Origin: an uncultured Gaiellaceae bacterium
GTDB taxonomy: Bacteria > Actinomycetota > Thermoleophilia > Gaiellales > Gaiellaceae
Assembly (NCBI GenBank): GCA_963712865.1
Contig: CAVQJO010000013.1
Span: forward strand, 190,603 to 254,602
DNA length: 64,000 nt
Direction of reading: 5' to 3'
Of the stretch, positions 8,993-18,317 are shown piece after piece (the first letter of the stretch is position 1; each line of letters starts with the position of its first letter). The translations under genes were made by a program, and so were the position numbers. Under the pieces are notes generated by a model. It searched no databases. It saw nothing but the letters and a program-made list of their open reading frames with translations, and had not been told where the DNA came from.

Positions 8993-9905
8993 GCGGCGCG
9001 TGGATCGGGAAGCGGCGTCAGCACGGGCTCGATCCGGTCGCGAAGATGCTCGAACGCAGGCGGCAGCGAGAGCCGCTCGCCCAGGTGCTCGGCGTCCTCG
9101 TCGGCCGAGAAACCGGGGCCGAGGGTCGCGATCTCGAACAGCACGCCGCTCGGCTCGCGGAAGTAGACCGACTTGAAGTAGAAGCGGTCGATCACCGGCG
9201 TCGGCTGCATGCCCGCCTGCGCCACCCGTTCGCGCCAGGCCTCCTGCTCGGCCGACGGCGACGCCCACGCGATGTGGTGCACGGTGCCCGCGCCGCCGAC
9301 GCCGCGCTCGGCCGGCGCGGGCTCGAACGCGAAGAGCCCGCCGCGCTCCTCGCCGCGGATCTCCCACTCCGCGTCGCCGCGCGGCTCGAAGCCGAGCGCG
9401 CCCTCGAAGAGCGCGCGGCTGCGCTCGACGTCGGTCGGTGAAGGCACGGACGCCGTCGAAGCCCTGGAGCGCGAGGTCCTCCGGGATCTCGGGGTGCTCG
9501 GCGACGAGCGGCTCGTCGTCGGTCTCGCACGACCGCGAGCTCGAGCGCGACGCCCTCGGGGTCGCTGAACGAGACCCGGCCGGCCGGCCGGTCGACGCGG
9601 ACGCCCTCGTCCTGCAGCCGCTCCGCCCAGAAGTCGAGCGCGTCCTCGGAGCCGACGCGGTAGACGATCGTGTGCACCATCCCGGCGCCTGGCCGCCCGC
9701 GCCGCGCGCCCGGATACTCGAAGAAGGTGATGTCCGCGCCCGGGCTGCCGTGCTCGTCGGCGTAGAAGAGGTGGTAGACGGTCGGGTCGTCCTGGTTGAC
9801 CGTCTTCTTCACGAGCCGCTGGCCGAGCACGCGCGTGTAGAAGTCGACGTTGCGCGGCGCGTCGCCCGTGATCAGCGTGATGTGGTGGATGCCCTCGAAG
9901 CGCAT
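8980..9905 (-). CDS. Two-domain ring-cleaving dioxygenase (glyoxalase/VOC family), two apparent frameshifts
   Basis: MRFEGIHHITLITGDAPRNVDFYTRVLG (frame of track ORF 9192..10511). Middle segment ETDDEPLVAEHPEIPEDLALQGFDGVRAFT lies in a third frame. C-terminus DVERSRALFEGALGF...HHIAWAS...FYFKSVYFREPSGVLFEIAT lies in ORF 8980..9915. Junctions near 9530 and 9440. Confidence 0.7.
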
Positions 9906-9956
9906 CAGCGCCCATGATGACAAGTGCGCGGAGGTGCAGCGCTTAGACTCACCGGC

Positions 9957-11095
9957 GTGAAGGTGGGGATCGTCGTCCCGTTCTCGTGGTCGTTCTGGGG
10001 TGCGGTGGTCGAGCACGCGGAGCTCCAGGCGGCCGCGCTGCGGCGGCTCGGCGCCGACGTGCGCCTCGTGATGGGGAACGATCCGCCCGGCCAGTTCACG
10101 CGCGCGCTCCACCCGCGCGTCGGGCAGGCACGGCGAGCCGCCGCCGGAGGTGATCCCGATCGGCCGCTCGGTGATCGTGCCGGCCAACGGCTCGCTGCCG
10201 AACATCATCCTGAGCCCGCGCGCCATCCTCCGGATCCGGCGCGTGCTCGAGCGGGAGCAGTTCGACGTGCTGCACCTGCACGAGCCGATGACGCCGATCC
10301 CGTGCATCGCGGCGCTCGCGCTCTGGGACGGCCCGATGGTCGGCACGCACCATGCGAGCGGCGAGCTCGGCTGGATGCGGCTGGCGGCGCCGGTCTGGGG
10401 CTTCCTCGAGGAGCGGCTCGACCACCGGATCGCCGTCTCCGAGCAGGCGCGCGCCTCGGCGCAGCGCTGGCTTCCCGGCGAGTACGAGGTCGTGCCGAAC
10501 GGCGTCCTCATCCCGCCCGAGGCGCGACCCGGCCGGCCGCGAGCACCGCGTCGTGTTCGCGGGCCGGCACGAGCCGCGCAAGGGCCTCCAGGTCCTGCTC
10601 CGAGCCTGGCCCGAGATCCATCGCCGCACCGGCGCGCGGCTCCGCGTGGTCGGCGCCGATCCGCTCGCCGTCCGGCTCCTGCTGACGCGCCTGCGCGTGC
10701 CGGACACGGGCGTCGACGTGCTCGGCTTCCTCAGCCAGGAGGAGCTGACGGCCGAGCTCTCGTCCGCGAAGGCGCTCCTCGCGCCGTCGCTCGGCGGCGA
10801 GAGCTTCGGGATGGTGCTGACACGGGCGTTCGCCTGCGCGACGCCGGTCGTCGCGTCCGACATCCCCGGCTACCGTGACGTGATGACGCCGGACACGTCC
10901 GTTCCGGTCCCGCCCGGCGACCACGACGCGCTCGCCGACGCCGTCGAGGCGCTGCTCGAGGACGAGGAGCACCGGCAGCGGCTCGGAGCGGCCGCCCGAC
11001 GCTCGCGGTCGAGCGGTACTCGTGGGACGACATCGCGCGGCCGGCTGCTCGAGATCTACGAGGGCGTGCAGCCACGCGAGCGAGTCGCCGCATGA
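9957..11095 (+). CDS. GT4 (group 1) glycosyltransferase, about four apparent frameshifts
   Basis: VKVGIVVPFSWSFWGAVVEH..., IPIGRSVIVPANGS, RVVFAGRHEPRKG, ESFGMVLTRAFACATPVVASDIPGYRDV, LAVERYSWDDIARRLLEIYEG. These are spread over track ORFs 9924, 10150 and 10352. Junctions near 10122, 10525, 11000 and 11041. Confidence 0.75.
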
Positions 11096-11120
11096 CGCAG
11101 TCATGCGGCTCTGAGGGGGC

Positions 11121-11147
11121 ACCGGGGAACCAAGCGGTTCCCCCGGT
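11121..11147. repeat. Imperfect palindrome ACCGGGGAACC-aagc-GGTTCCCC(C)GGT just downstream of the GT4 gene
   Basis: Read directly. An 8-bp core stem GGGGAACC/GGTTCCCC shares its core with the palindrome at 11192. Possible terminator. Confidence 0.4.
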
Positions 11148-11191
11148 GGAGCGCGCCGCCGCGCAGCAGCGGCGACGGCGCGCAGGGGGTT

Positions 11192-11218
11192 CGTGGGGGA
11201 AACCGGGTTTCCCCCACG
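11192..11218. repeat. Perfect 27-nt palindrome CGTGGGGGAAACC-G-GGTTTCCCCCACG
   Basis: Read directly. 13-bp arms around a single central G, about 77 nt upstream of the 11295 start. Operator or hairpin candidate. Confidence 0.45.
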
Positions 11219-11294
11219 CGACCGAGGCTGTCCGCATCGTCCCCGGGCAAAGCCCGGAGACGAGTGCTCGAGAGCTTGGGGCGAGGGAGGCCGC

Positions 11295-12362
11295 GTGAAG
11301 GTCGTGGTGCAGAGCCGGCTCGTCCAGGTTGCGTTCGTCGTCCTGCTGCTCGGCCTCGCCGTCTCGCTCGTCTGGTGGCGCGGGCCCGGACTGGAATCTC
11401 GTCTACCACGCGTTCGACTTCGTCAACTGGGCCTGGATCGTCTTCGCGCTCGCGCTCAACCTCGCCTCGGTCGTGGTGAGGGCGCTCGCCTGGCAGCTGA
11501 CGATCGTGCAGGCGCTCGACCCGCCCGACCCGCCGTTCAACCGGACGTTCTCCGCCTTCGCCGTCGGCCTGCTCGGGAACGCGGCGCTGCCTGGTCGGAT
11601 CGGCGAGCTGGCGCGGGTGGCGGTCCTGCGGCGGCGGCTGCCGGAGCACGGCACCGGCACGAGTGCCGCGCTCGTCGGGACGGTCTTCGCGCACCGGCTC
11701 TTCGACCTCGTGCCGGCGCTCGCGCTCGTCGGGTACGTGCTCGCGACCGCGAAGATCCCGCACTGGGCGGTGACGAGCCTCGTGATCGTCTCGGTCGTCG
11801 GGATCGTGCTCTTCCTCGGCGCGATCCTGCTCGCGCAGCGCCGCCACCGGCCGGCCCTCGAAAGCGCACAAGCGCGATGCGCCACCTCCTCGCGATGGCC
11901 CGGCAGGGCCTCTCGGTGATGAAGGCGCCGGCGCCGGCGGCCGGCGCGATCCTGCTCCAGTCGCTGGGCTGGTTCCTCCAGCTGATCGCCGTCTACGTCG
12001 CGATGCGCGCGTTCGACATCCACGCGCCGCTGCCCGCGGCCGGGCTCGTCCTCCTGCTGATGAACGTGGCGACGATCTTCCCGCTCTGGCCGGGCAACAT
12101 CGGTCTGCTGCAGGCGGCCGTCGCGCTCCCGCTCGTCCAGTACGGCGTGCCCTACTCGACCGGGTTCGCCTACGGGATCGTGCTGCAGGTGATCGAGATG
12201 TCGGTCGGCGTCGGTGTCGGCCTCATCTTCCTCGCCCGCGAGGGCCTCTCGTTCGCGACGCTGAGGGACATGCCGGAGGTGGTCGAGGCCGCCGAGGAGG
12301 AGGACGCGCTGCTGGCGGACCTGGAGCAGGAGCCGCATCGCGCGCGCGCCGGCGTGGGCTAG
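11295..12362 (+). CDS. Flippase-like / lysylphosphatidylglycerol-synthase transmembrane-region family (UPF0104) membrane protein, two apparent frameshifts
   Basis: GTG 11295 preceded by GAGGGAGG. GLLGNAALPGRIGELARVAVL and LLLMNVATIFPLWPGNIGLLQAAV motifs. Pieces lie in track ORFs 11193 and 11329. Junctions near 11385 and 11870. Confidence 0.65.
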   Translation: MKVVVQSRLVQVAFVVLLLGLAVSLVWWRGPGLESRLPRVRLRQLGLDRLRARAQPRLGRGEGARLAADDRAGARPARPAVQPDVLRLRRRPARERGAAWSDRRAGAGGGPAAAAAGARHRHECRARRDGLRAPALRPRAGARARRVRARDREDPALGGDEPRDRLGRRDRALPRRDPARAAPPPAGPRKRTSAMRHLLAMARQGLSVMKAPAPAAGAILLQSLGWFLQLIAVYVAMRAFDIHAPLPAAGLVLLLMNVATIFPLWPGNIGLLQAAVALPLVQYGVPYSTGFAYGIVLQVIEMSVGVGVGLIFLAREGLSFATLRDMPEVVEAAEEEDALLADLEQEPHRARAGVG

Positions 12363-12380
12363 CTCGGCGTCAGTCGAGCT

Positions 12381-12791
12381 CTAGCGGTGCTCGGCGGCGC
12401 GGACCTTGGCCGCGAGCGCCTGCAGGAGCTTCCACGCGACGGTCGAGTCCGACTCGACGATCGGGCGGAACTCCCACGGCGTCAGGCCGTAGGTCGTCAT
12501 GTCCGTCTCGGCCGTGATCGTCGCCGAGCGCGGGCCGTCGTCGATGAGCGCGATCTCGCCGAAGTAGTCGCCGGGGCCGAGCGAGCCGCGCGGCTCGCCC
12601 TCCACGGTCACGTTCGCGCTGCCCGCGGTGATGATGAAGAACCCGGCGCCGGACTGGCCCTCGCTCGCGACGGTCGAGCCCGCCGTGAAGCGGCGCTCCT
12701 TGAACGAGCTCGCGATGCGGTCGAGGTCGCGCTTCTCGAGCCCCGCGAACAGCGGTACGCGTGCGATCGTCTCCGGCGACGGCTGGGCCAC
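12381..12791 (-). CDS. Stand-alone cyclic-nucleotide-binding domain protein
   Basis: Intact 136 aa. VPLFAGLEKRDLDRI...GDYFGEIALIDDGPRSATITA is the cNMP-binding signature. Confidence 0.8.
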   Translation of the reverse strand: MAQPSPETIARVPLFAGLEKRDLDRIASSFKERRFTAGSTVASEGQSGAGFFIITAGSANVTVEGEPRGSLGPGDYFGEIALIDDGPRSATITAETDMTTYGLTPWEFRPIVESDSTVAWKLLQALAAKVRAAEHR

Positions 12792-12801
12792 GGGCCGGAT
12801 T

Positions 12802-13030
12802 CTACGCAGATGGCTCGGAATCGGGGAAGGGCGCAGCGGTCTCGGCGCGCCGCGCGAGCTCCTCGATCTTCCCCTGCGCCGTGTCGAGCCGCGTCAGGCA
12901 GAAGCGGAGCAGCTCCTCGCCGCGCTCCCAGAGCGCGATCGCCTCGTCGAGGCTCGCCTCGCCCCGCTCGAGCCGCTCGACGATCGACTCGAGCTCCCGC
13001 TGGGCCGATCTCGAATGTGAGCTCGCTCAC
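12802..13030 (-). CDS. xseB: Exodeoxyribonuclease VII small subunit, one apparent frameshift
   Basis: MSELTFEIG, then an extra base near 13003, then QRELESIVERLERGEASLDEAIALWERGEELLRFCLTRLDTAQGKIEEL. Stop TAG at 12804-12802. Confidence 0.75.
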
Positions 13031-14244
13031 CGAACGTCCTCCACCTGCGCGGCGAACGCGCCGTCCGCGAGCTCGACGTCGACCCGCTGCCCGGCCGCAG
13101 CGCCGCGGTCGAGCGCAGCACCCTGTTGTCCGCCCGCACGATCGCGTAGCCGCGCTCGAGCGTGCCTCGCGGTGAGAGCGCCGAGAGCCGCGCGCCCGCC
13201 TGCTCGACCGCGTTCCGGCGGCGCTCGAGCAGGAGCGCCGGGCCGCGCCGAAGCCGGTCGCGCAGCGAGTCCACGCGGCGCGTGTCGCGCTCGAGCGCCC
13301 GCCGGGTGCCGCGCTCGAGCGCGTCGTGCGAGCGGCGCAGCCGGTCTCGCTCCCGCTCGAGGGAGCGGCGGGCGCCTCGCTCGAGCGCGGCGTGCGCCCG
13401 AACGAGCTCGCGGCGCAGCTCCTGGGCGTCCGGGCACGACGAGCTTGCCGGCCGCCGTCGGCGTCGAGGCGCGAACGTCGGCGGCGAGGTCGCAGAGCGG
13501 GGTGTCCTGCTCGTGCCCGACCGCCGAGACGACCGGCACGGCACAGGCGGCGACGGCGCGGACGACACGCTCGTCGCTGAACGGGAGCAGGTCCTCGAAG
13601 CTGCCGCCGCCGCGCGTGAGGACGATGACGTCGACGCCGGGCTCGCGCTCGAGCGCCTGCAGCGCGTCCACGATGCCGAGGGGCGCGCGCGGGCCCTGGA
13701 CGAGCGTCTCCGCGACGAGCACGCGTGCGGGCGGGAAGCGGCTCTGGATCGTCGCCAGCACGTCCTGCTTGGCCGCCGCGTCGCTGCCGGTGACGACGCC
13801 GATCCGCCGCGGGAACCGCGGCAGCGCGCGCTTCCGCGACTGCTCGAAGAGGCCGTCGGCCGCGAGCGCCTGCTTGAGCCGTTCGATCGCGGCGAGATGC
13901 GCGCCGAGCCCGAACCGCTCGATCGCGAGCACGCGCAGGCGGAACTCGGCCTTCGCCGCGTAGAGCTCGGGCCGGCCGAAGACGTGCACGCGCTCGCCGT
14001 CCGCGAGGTCGAGCCGGAGGGCGTCGAACGTCCGGCGCGGCATCGACGCCGGCAGGCAGGCGCCGTCGGCCGGGTCCTTGAGCGTGAAGAACACGCTGCC
14101 CCAGCGCTCGTGCCGCCGAAGCTCCGTCACCTCGCCCTCGATCCAGAGCGTCGGGAGCCGGGCGAGCCAGTCGGCGACGCCGCGGTTGAAGCCCGCGACG
14201 GAGTAGACCTTGCGGTCGCCGTAGAGGAGCGGCTCGACCTTCAC
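13027..14244 (-). CDS. xseA: Exodeoxyribonuclease VII large subunit, two apparent frameshifts
   Basis: VKVEPLLYGDRKVYSVAGFNRGV...WIEGEVTELRRH...IGVVTGSDAAA...LTRGGGSFEDL...VGHEQDTPLCDLAADVRASTPTAAGKLVVP. Coiled-coil part lies in track ORF 12894..13568. Junctions near 13435 and 13105. GTGA overlap with xseB. Confidence 0.8.
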   Translation of the reverse strand: MKVEPLLYGDRKVYSVAGFNRGVADWLARLPTLWIEGEVTELRRHERWGSVFFTLKDPADGACLPASMPRRTFDALRLDLADGERVHVFGRPELYAAKAEFRLRVLAIERFGLGAHLAAIERLKQALAADGLFEQSRKRALPRFPRRIGVVTGSDAAAKQDVLATIQSRFPPARVLVAETLVQGPRAPLGIVDALQALEREPGVDVIVLTRGGGSFEDLLPFSDERVVRAVAACAVPVVSAVGHEQDTPLCDLAADVRASTPTAAGKLVVPGRPGAAPRARSGARRARARRPPLPRAGARPAAPLARRARARHPAGARARHAPRGLAARPASARPGAPARAPPERGRAGGRAALGALTARHARARLRDRAGGQQGAALDRGAAAGQRVDVELADGAFAAQVEDVR

Positions 14245-14287
14245 CCTCGACGGCCCTCGTTGGCGGACGCGCAGCCGCGGGCGGAAG

Positions 14288-14352
14288 TGCACAGCTTCAG
14301 GGGTTGTCTTGCGCGGTCGGGATCCGCTGCCGCGGATTCCGACCCTGCGCAG
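14288..14352 (+). repeat. 65-nt hairpin-forming repeat, copy A (5' of the MFS gene)
   Basis: TGCACAGCTTCAGGGGTTGTCTTGCGCGGTCGGGATCCGCTGCCGCGGATTCCGACCCTGCGCAG. 56/65 identical to copy B at 15695. Confidence 0.7.
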
Positions 14353-14428
14353 AGGGAGCGCTCGACCTTCGCCACGCCGCTGAGGTTAGAGGCTCGGGCT
14401 GCTGGGGCGTAGCTGGCAGGATCGGACG

Positions 14429-15666
14429 ATGTCGGAGGCGGTGGCCGCGCAGGGGATCGAGCGCTATCGCGCGCTCCTCCGCGTTCCGTACGCCCGTCGG
14501 CTCTTCCTGTGGGCGCTTCTCGCCCGCCTGCCGATGGGGATGGTGCCGCTTGCGCTGATCCTGATCGTGCGCGACGAAGGCGGCAGCTACGGGGCCGCGG
14601 GCGCCGTTGTCGGGAGCCACTTCGTCGCGACCGCCGTCGGCGCGCCGGTGGCCGGCCGGCTCGTCGACCGGCGCGGCCATGCGCACGTACTGCGGCCACG
14701 GGCGATCGTCTACCCGTCGCTCCTGCTCGTCCTCTGCGCGCTGGCGCTCGTCGATGCGCCGATCTGGCGTTCGGTGCCTGCGGGGTCGCGGCCGGCGCCC
14801 TGACGCCGCCCATCGGTGCGTCGATCCGGTCGCTCTGGCCGAGGCTGCTCGCGGATCCCTCGCTCCGCGCCGCGGCCTATGCGCTGGAGGCGTCGCTGCA
14901 GGAGGTCTACTTCGTCGTCGGCCCTCTCCTCGTCGCCGTCGTCGCGGGCCTCGCCTCACCGGTGGCGGCGCTCGCGCTCGCGGCCGCCGCGGCTGCGGCG
15001 GGCACCACCGGCTTCGTTTCGACGAGGCCCGTCCGGGCGGCCGGCCCGAGCGACGAGCAGGTCCGCGGCTTCCTCGGTGCCCTCGCGTCGCCGGGCGTGC
15101 GGACGATCCTGCTGATCGTGCTTTGCCTCGGCCTCGGCTTCGGCGGGGTCGAGGTCGGGATTCCCGCGTTCGCGGAAGAGCACGGCGCCCGCGAGCTCGC
15201 GGGGATCCCGCTCGCCTGCTACGCCGCGGGCAGCCTCGTCGGCGGCCTCGTCGCGGGCGCGCGCGCCACCGGCGGGATGCGTCGCCAGCTCTGGCTCGCG
15301 AGCGTCGCCCTCGTCGTCGGGCTCGCGCTGCCGCTCCTTGCGGGCTCTCTCCCGGCGCTCGCGATTCTCATGTTCGCCGCCGGCCTGCCGATCGCGCCGC
15401 TCGTCATGGCCGCGTACGGCCTCGTCGACAAGGTGGCGCGCCCTGGTACGGCGGCCGAGGCGTTCGCCTGGATCACGACGGCGATCGGCTGCGGCTTCGC
15501 CCTCGGCAGCTCCGTCGGCGGCGCGCTCATCGACGCGCAGGGCGTCCGCGCGTCGTTCGCCCTCGGCTGCGCGGGTGCCGTCCTCGCTGCAGCGCTGGCG
15601 CTGGCCGGGCGCGGCCTCGACGATGGGGCCGCCGGGCAATCTCAACGAGCCGACCAGCCCACCTAG
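14429..15666 (+). CDS. MFS transporter, one apparent frameshift
   Basis: 12-TM-like hydrophobic profile. GAPVAGRLVDRRG loop motif. Junction (single-base loss) near 14760 links track ORFs 14429 and 14509. Confidence 0.7.
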
Positions 15667-15694
15667 GAGGTCGGAGACCCACCGCGGGTTGCAC

Positions 15695-15759
15695 TGCACA
15701 GCTTCAGGGATCGTCTTGCGCGATCGGAATCCGCTTCTGCGGATTTCGATCTTGCGCAG
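15695..15759 (+). repeat. 65-nt hairpin-forming repeat, copy B (3' of the MFS gene)
   Basis: TGCACAGCTTCAGGGATCGTCTTGCGCGATCGGAATCCGCTTCTGCGGATTTCGATCTTGCGCAG. Starts 29 nt after the MFS stop. Confidence 0.7.
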
Positions 15760-15963
15760 TTACAGCAGGATTTCGACAGCCGTGCGCGGGTCGCAGCCGC
15801 GCGCGACTAGGTCGACCGCATGGTGGAGATCCGCGTCGAGCGCGGCCGCGAGCTTCTCGGCGAGAGGCAGCGGGTACCCCGCTTCCATGAGCACGTGCAG
15901 GCGCCATGATTCCACCTTTGCGCGCTCGCTCTGCCGTTCGATGAGCTCAGTAGCGTCAGCCAT
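15760..15963 (-). CDS. Hypothetical 67-aa protein
   Basis: Intact ORF MADATELIERQSERAKVESWRLHVLMEAGYPLPLAEKLAAALDADLHHAVDLVARGCDPRTAVEILL. GC3-rich. No family recognised. Confidence 0.5.
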   Translation of the reverse strand: MADATELIERQSERAKVESWRLHVLMEAGYPLPLAEKLAAALDADLHHAVDLVARGCDPRTAVEILL

Positions 15964-16064
15964 TTTGCGTCGAGTGTTCGTGGTGCACTAGACGAACCCT
16001 GCGCCCAAAGGTTTGCCTTGTACAGGGGTAGGTTTCGACCCTCCCCGGCTAGGTCCTGCGGTTT

Positions 16065-17395
16065 TCAGCGCAGGCCGGCGCGCGCATCGTCGATGCGGCG
16101 GCCGAGCTCGTCGAGGCGCGCCTCCAGGGCCGCCCGCTCGGACTCCGCCTCCGCGACGACCGCGCCGAGCACGCGCCGCAGCTCCGCGTCCGCGTGCGGA
16201 GATCCGCCGCTCGGCGTCGGCCAGCAGCTGCTCGTGCTGGCGCTCGAAGGAGGCCTGCGCCTGGCGCAGCCGCGTCTCGAGGCGCTGCTGACCCGTGTCG
16301 CCGGTGTGCGAGAGGCGCTCGGCGAACACGCCCTCCGCCTGGCGCATGAACGTCTCGGCGGCGCGCTCCATCTCCCGTGAGAGCCTGGCCGCGGCCTCCT
16401 CGCGAGCGCTTCGCAGGGTTGCGTCGAACTGCTGGGCCGCGGCCTCCGCGAAGCGCTCGGCCTCCCGGGCGACGACGCGCTGGAGCTTCTCGACCTGCCT
16501 GCGCTCGACGTCCGCGAACGCGACCTCGATCCTCGCCATCGCCTCGGCCTCGTTGCGCTCGATCTGCTCGGCGAGCGTCTGCTCGCGCTTGCGCAGCCGC
16601 TCGGAGATCTCCTCGATCACGCGGCGGCGCTCGCTCGTGTGCGCCTCGAGCTCGCTGAGCGCCTCCGCCACGGCGGCCTGCGCGGAGCGCTCGAGCTCCT
16701 CGCGCAGGCGCAGCACCGAGGCCCGCTGCTCGTCGGAGGTCGAGACGAGCTCGGCGGCCTCCGCCTCGATGCGCGCCTCGGCCTCGGCGATCAGCTGGCG
16801 CTGCCGCTGCTCGAGCCGCGTCACCTGCCCGGCCAGGCCCTGCTGTGCGCGGTCGACGTCGTCCGACCACGCCCGCAGGCGCTCGTCGACCCGCTGCTCG
16901 ACGGCCGCGAGCGCGTCGTCGAGCTCCGCGCCTGCGGCGCGCTCGCGCTCGACGAGCGCCTGGCGGCGCTCCTCGGCCAGGCGGCGCTCCTCCTCGGCGA
17001 GCAGCGAGACGAGTCGGCGCGCGCACGCGCCGCCCAGCGCTGCAGCTCTTCGCGGCTCGCCGCCTGCTCCTCCTCGATCACGCTCCTCGACCTCGGCCCG
17101 CGCCTGATCGAGCACCGCGTCCGCGGCCTCGCGCCGCGCCGCACCGCGCGCGCGAGCAGGGTGGCGCCGGCCTCCGCGACGGCTGCGGCGACGAGACCGG
17201 TGGCGGCGAGCGCGATCTCCCGCTCGGGGTCGAAGGCGAAGACGACCCAGCCCGCGGCCGCCGCGCGCGAGCAGCACGAGCGTGAGCGCGGCCAGGAGCC
17301 GCGGTCTCGCGCGCCCGGCGGCGGCGGCCGCGAGCGATGCGGCCGCGACGACGACGGCGGCGGCGAAGGCGATCTGGAGCGCGGTCTCGAGCCAC
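16065..17395 (-). CDS. N-terminally membrane-anchored Ala/Glu/Arg-rich coiled-coil protein, about four apparent frameshifts; start uncertain
   Basis: Hydrophobic N-terminus (LETALQIAFAAAVVVAAASLAAAAA...GWVVFAFDPE) followed by about 330 aa of heptad-like E/R/A/Q sequence. True C-terminus DAELRRVLGAVVAEAESERAALEARLDELGRRIDDARAGLR with stop at 16067-16065 is reached after a junction near 16195. Other junctions near 17240, 17085 and 17010. Confidence 0.5.
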
Positions 17396-17425
17396 GCGGC
17401 AATCGTAGTGCGGCATTCTGCGGCG

Positions 17426-17988
17426 ATGACGCTCGCCGAGGAGCTGGAGGCGTCGCGACCATCGCCGCGACGCTCTCCGGCCCGGAGGAGCCGGCTCGTG
17501 GCGATCCTGCCGACCGAGGCGCGCGCCGGGAACCGCGTCTACCTGTGCGCCTTCGGCGGGGACGACGGCGAGGCCGCGAGCTGGCTCGGCCTGGACGCCG
17601 GCGGCCGGCCCGTCGTCGAGCGGCAGCTCGTCCGCGACGCGGTCTCGATCGCGGCGATGTGCGAGCTCGCCGAGGAGACGGCGGCGGGCGGCGACCTGGA
17701 CGAGCTGAAGAGCCAGCTCGTCGCGCTCCGCGTGACGCCGAGAACCCGCCCGGCATCGACGAGGCCGTGGCCGCGGTCGAGGAGCTGCAGCGCGTCCTCG
17801 GCGCGCCGCCGCAGCTCGCGACGACCGCCCGGCTCGACGCGATCGGGCAGGCGACGCGCGAGCTCGAGCTGGCGCTCGGCGGCGAGCTGCAGGGATCGCC
17901 GTTCGCACAGGCGATGCTGAGCGCGGCCGGCGTCGTCGAGCAGCTGACCGCCGACGTGGAGGGCTCCTACCGGGCGCCGCTCCGCTAG
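17426..17988 (+). CDS. Hypothetical protein, at least one apparent frameshift
   Basis: ATG 17426 MTLAEELE...NRVYLCAFGGDDGEAASWLGLDAGGRPVVERQLVRDAVSIAAMCELAEE. Junction near 17745 into AENPPGIDEAVAAVEELQRVLG...VEGSYRAPLR. A further compensating pair near 17452/17495 is possible. Confidence 0.5.
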
Positions 17989-18000
17989 CCTCCTAACGGC

Positions 18001-18294
18001 ATGGAAGGCGGCTTCGGTTTTCCCTTCGGCGGCGACCCCGACGACCTGCTGCGCGGGATCCAGGAGTTCGCCGCCAAGCAGGCCGAGTCGGTGCAGGAGG
18101 CACAGCGCGAGCAGTTCGCGACGCTGACGCTGAGCACCGCCGTCCAGCTCACGTCCGCCGCGCTCGAGCAGATCCAGGTGAGCGGCGGCGTCGACGAGCA
18201 GGCGATCGCGCTCCGCGACGCGATGCGCGTGCTCTTCCCCGAGGCGGTGGCGCTCGTCAGCGCGGCCCGCCAGGGCTTCATGCGCGAGCGCTAG
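18001..18294 (+). CDS. Hypothetical 97-aa protein
   Basis: Intact ORF with good codon bias. No family recognised. Confidence 0.5.
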   Translation: MEGGFGFPFGGDPDDLLRGIQEFAAKQAESVQEAQREQFATLTLSTAVQLTSAALEQIQVSGGVDEQAIALRDAMRVLFPEAVALVSAARQGFMRER

Positions 18295-18317
18295 AGCAAG
18301 GCTTTAGGCTCCACGCG

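Noticed and set aside
11092-11298. Track ORF 11092..11298(+) (68 aa) as a small gene between the glycosyltransferase and the flippase-like gene.
   Set aside because: Its sequence is dominated by the two palindromes, which read the same on both strands (compare ORF 10731..11237 on the minus strand). It has no RBS and poor codon bias. I treat it as non-coding regulatory or repeat DNA.
15964-16064. Possible small RNA or tRNA-like element in the 100-nt gap between the 67-aa gene and the coiled-coil gene (GGGGTAGG...CCCTCCCC pairing).
   Set aside because: Only a short imperfect stem with no cloverleaf potential. It is most simply the terminator region of the minus-strand coiled-coil gene.
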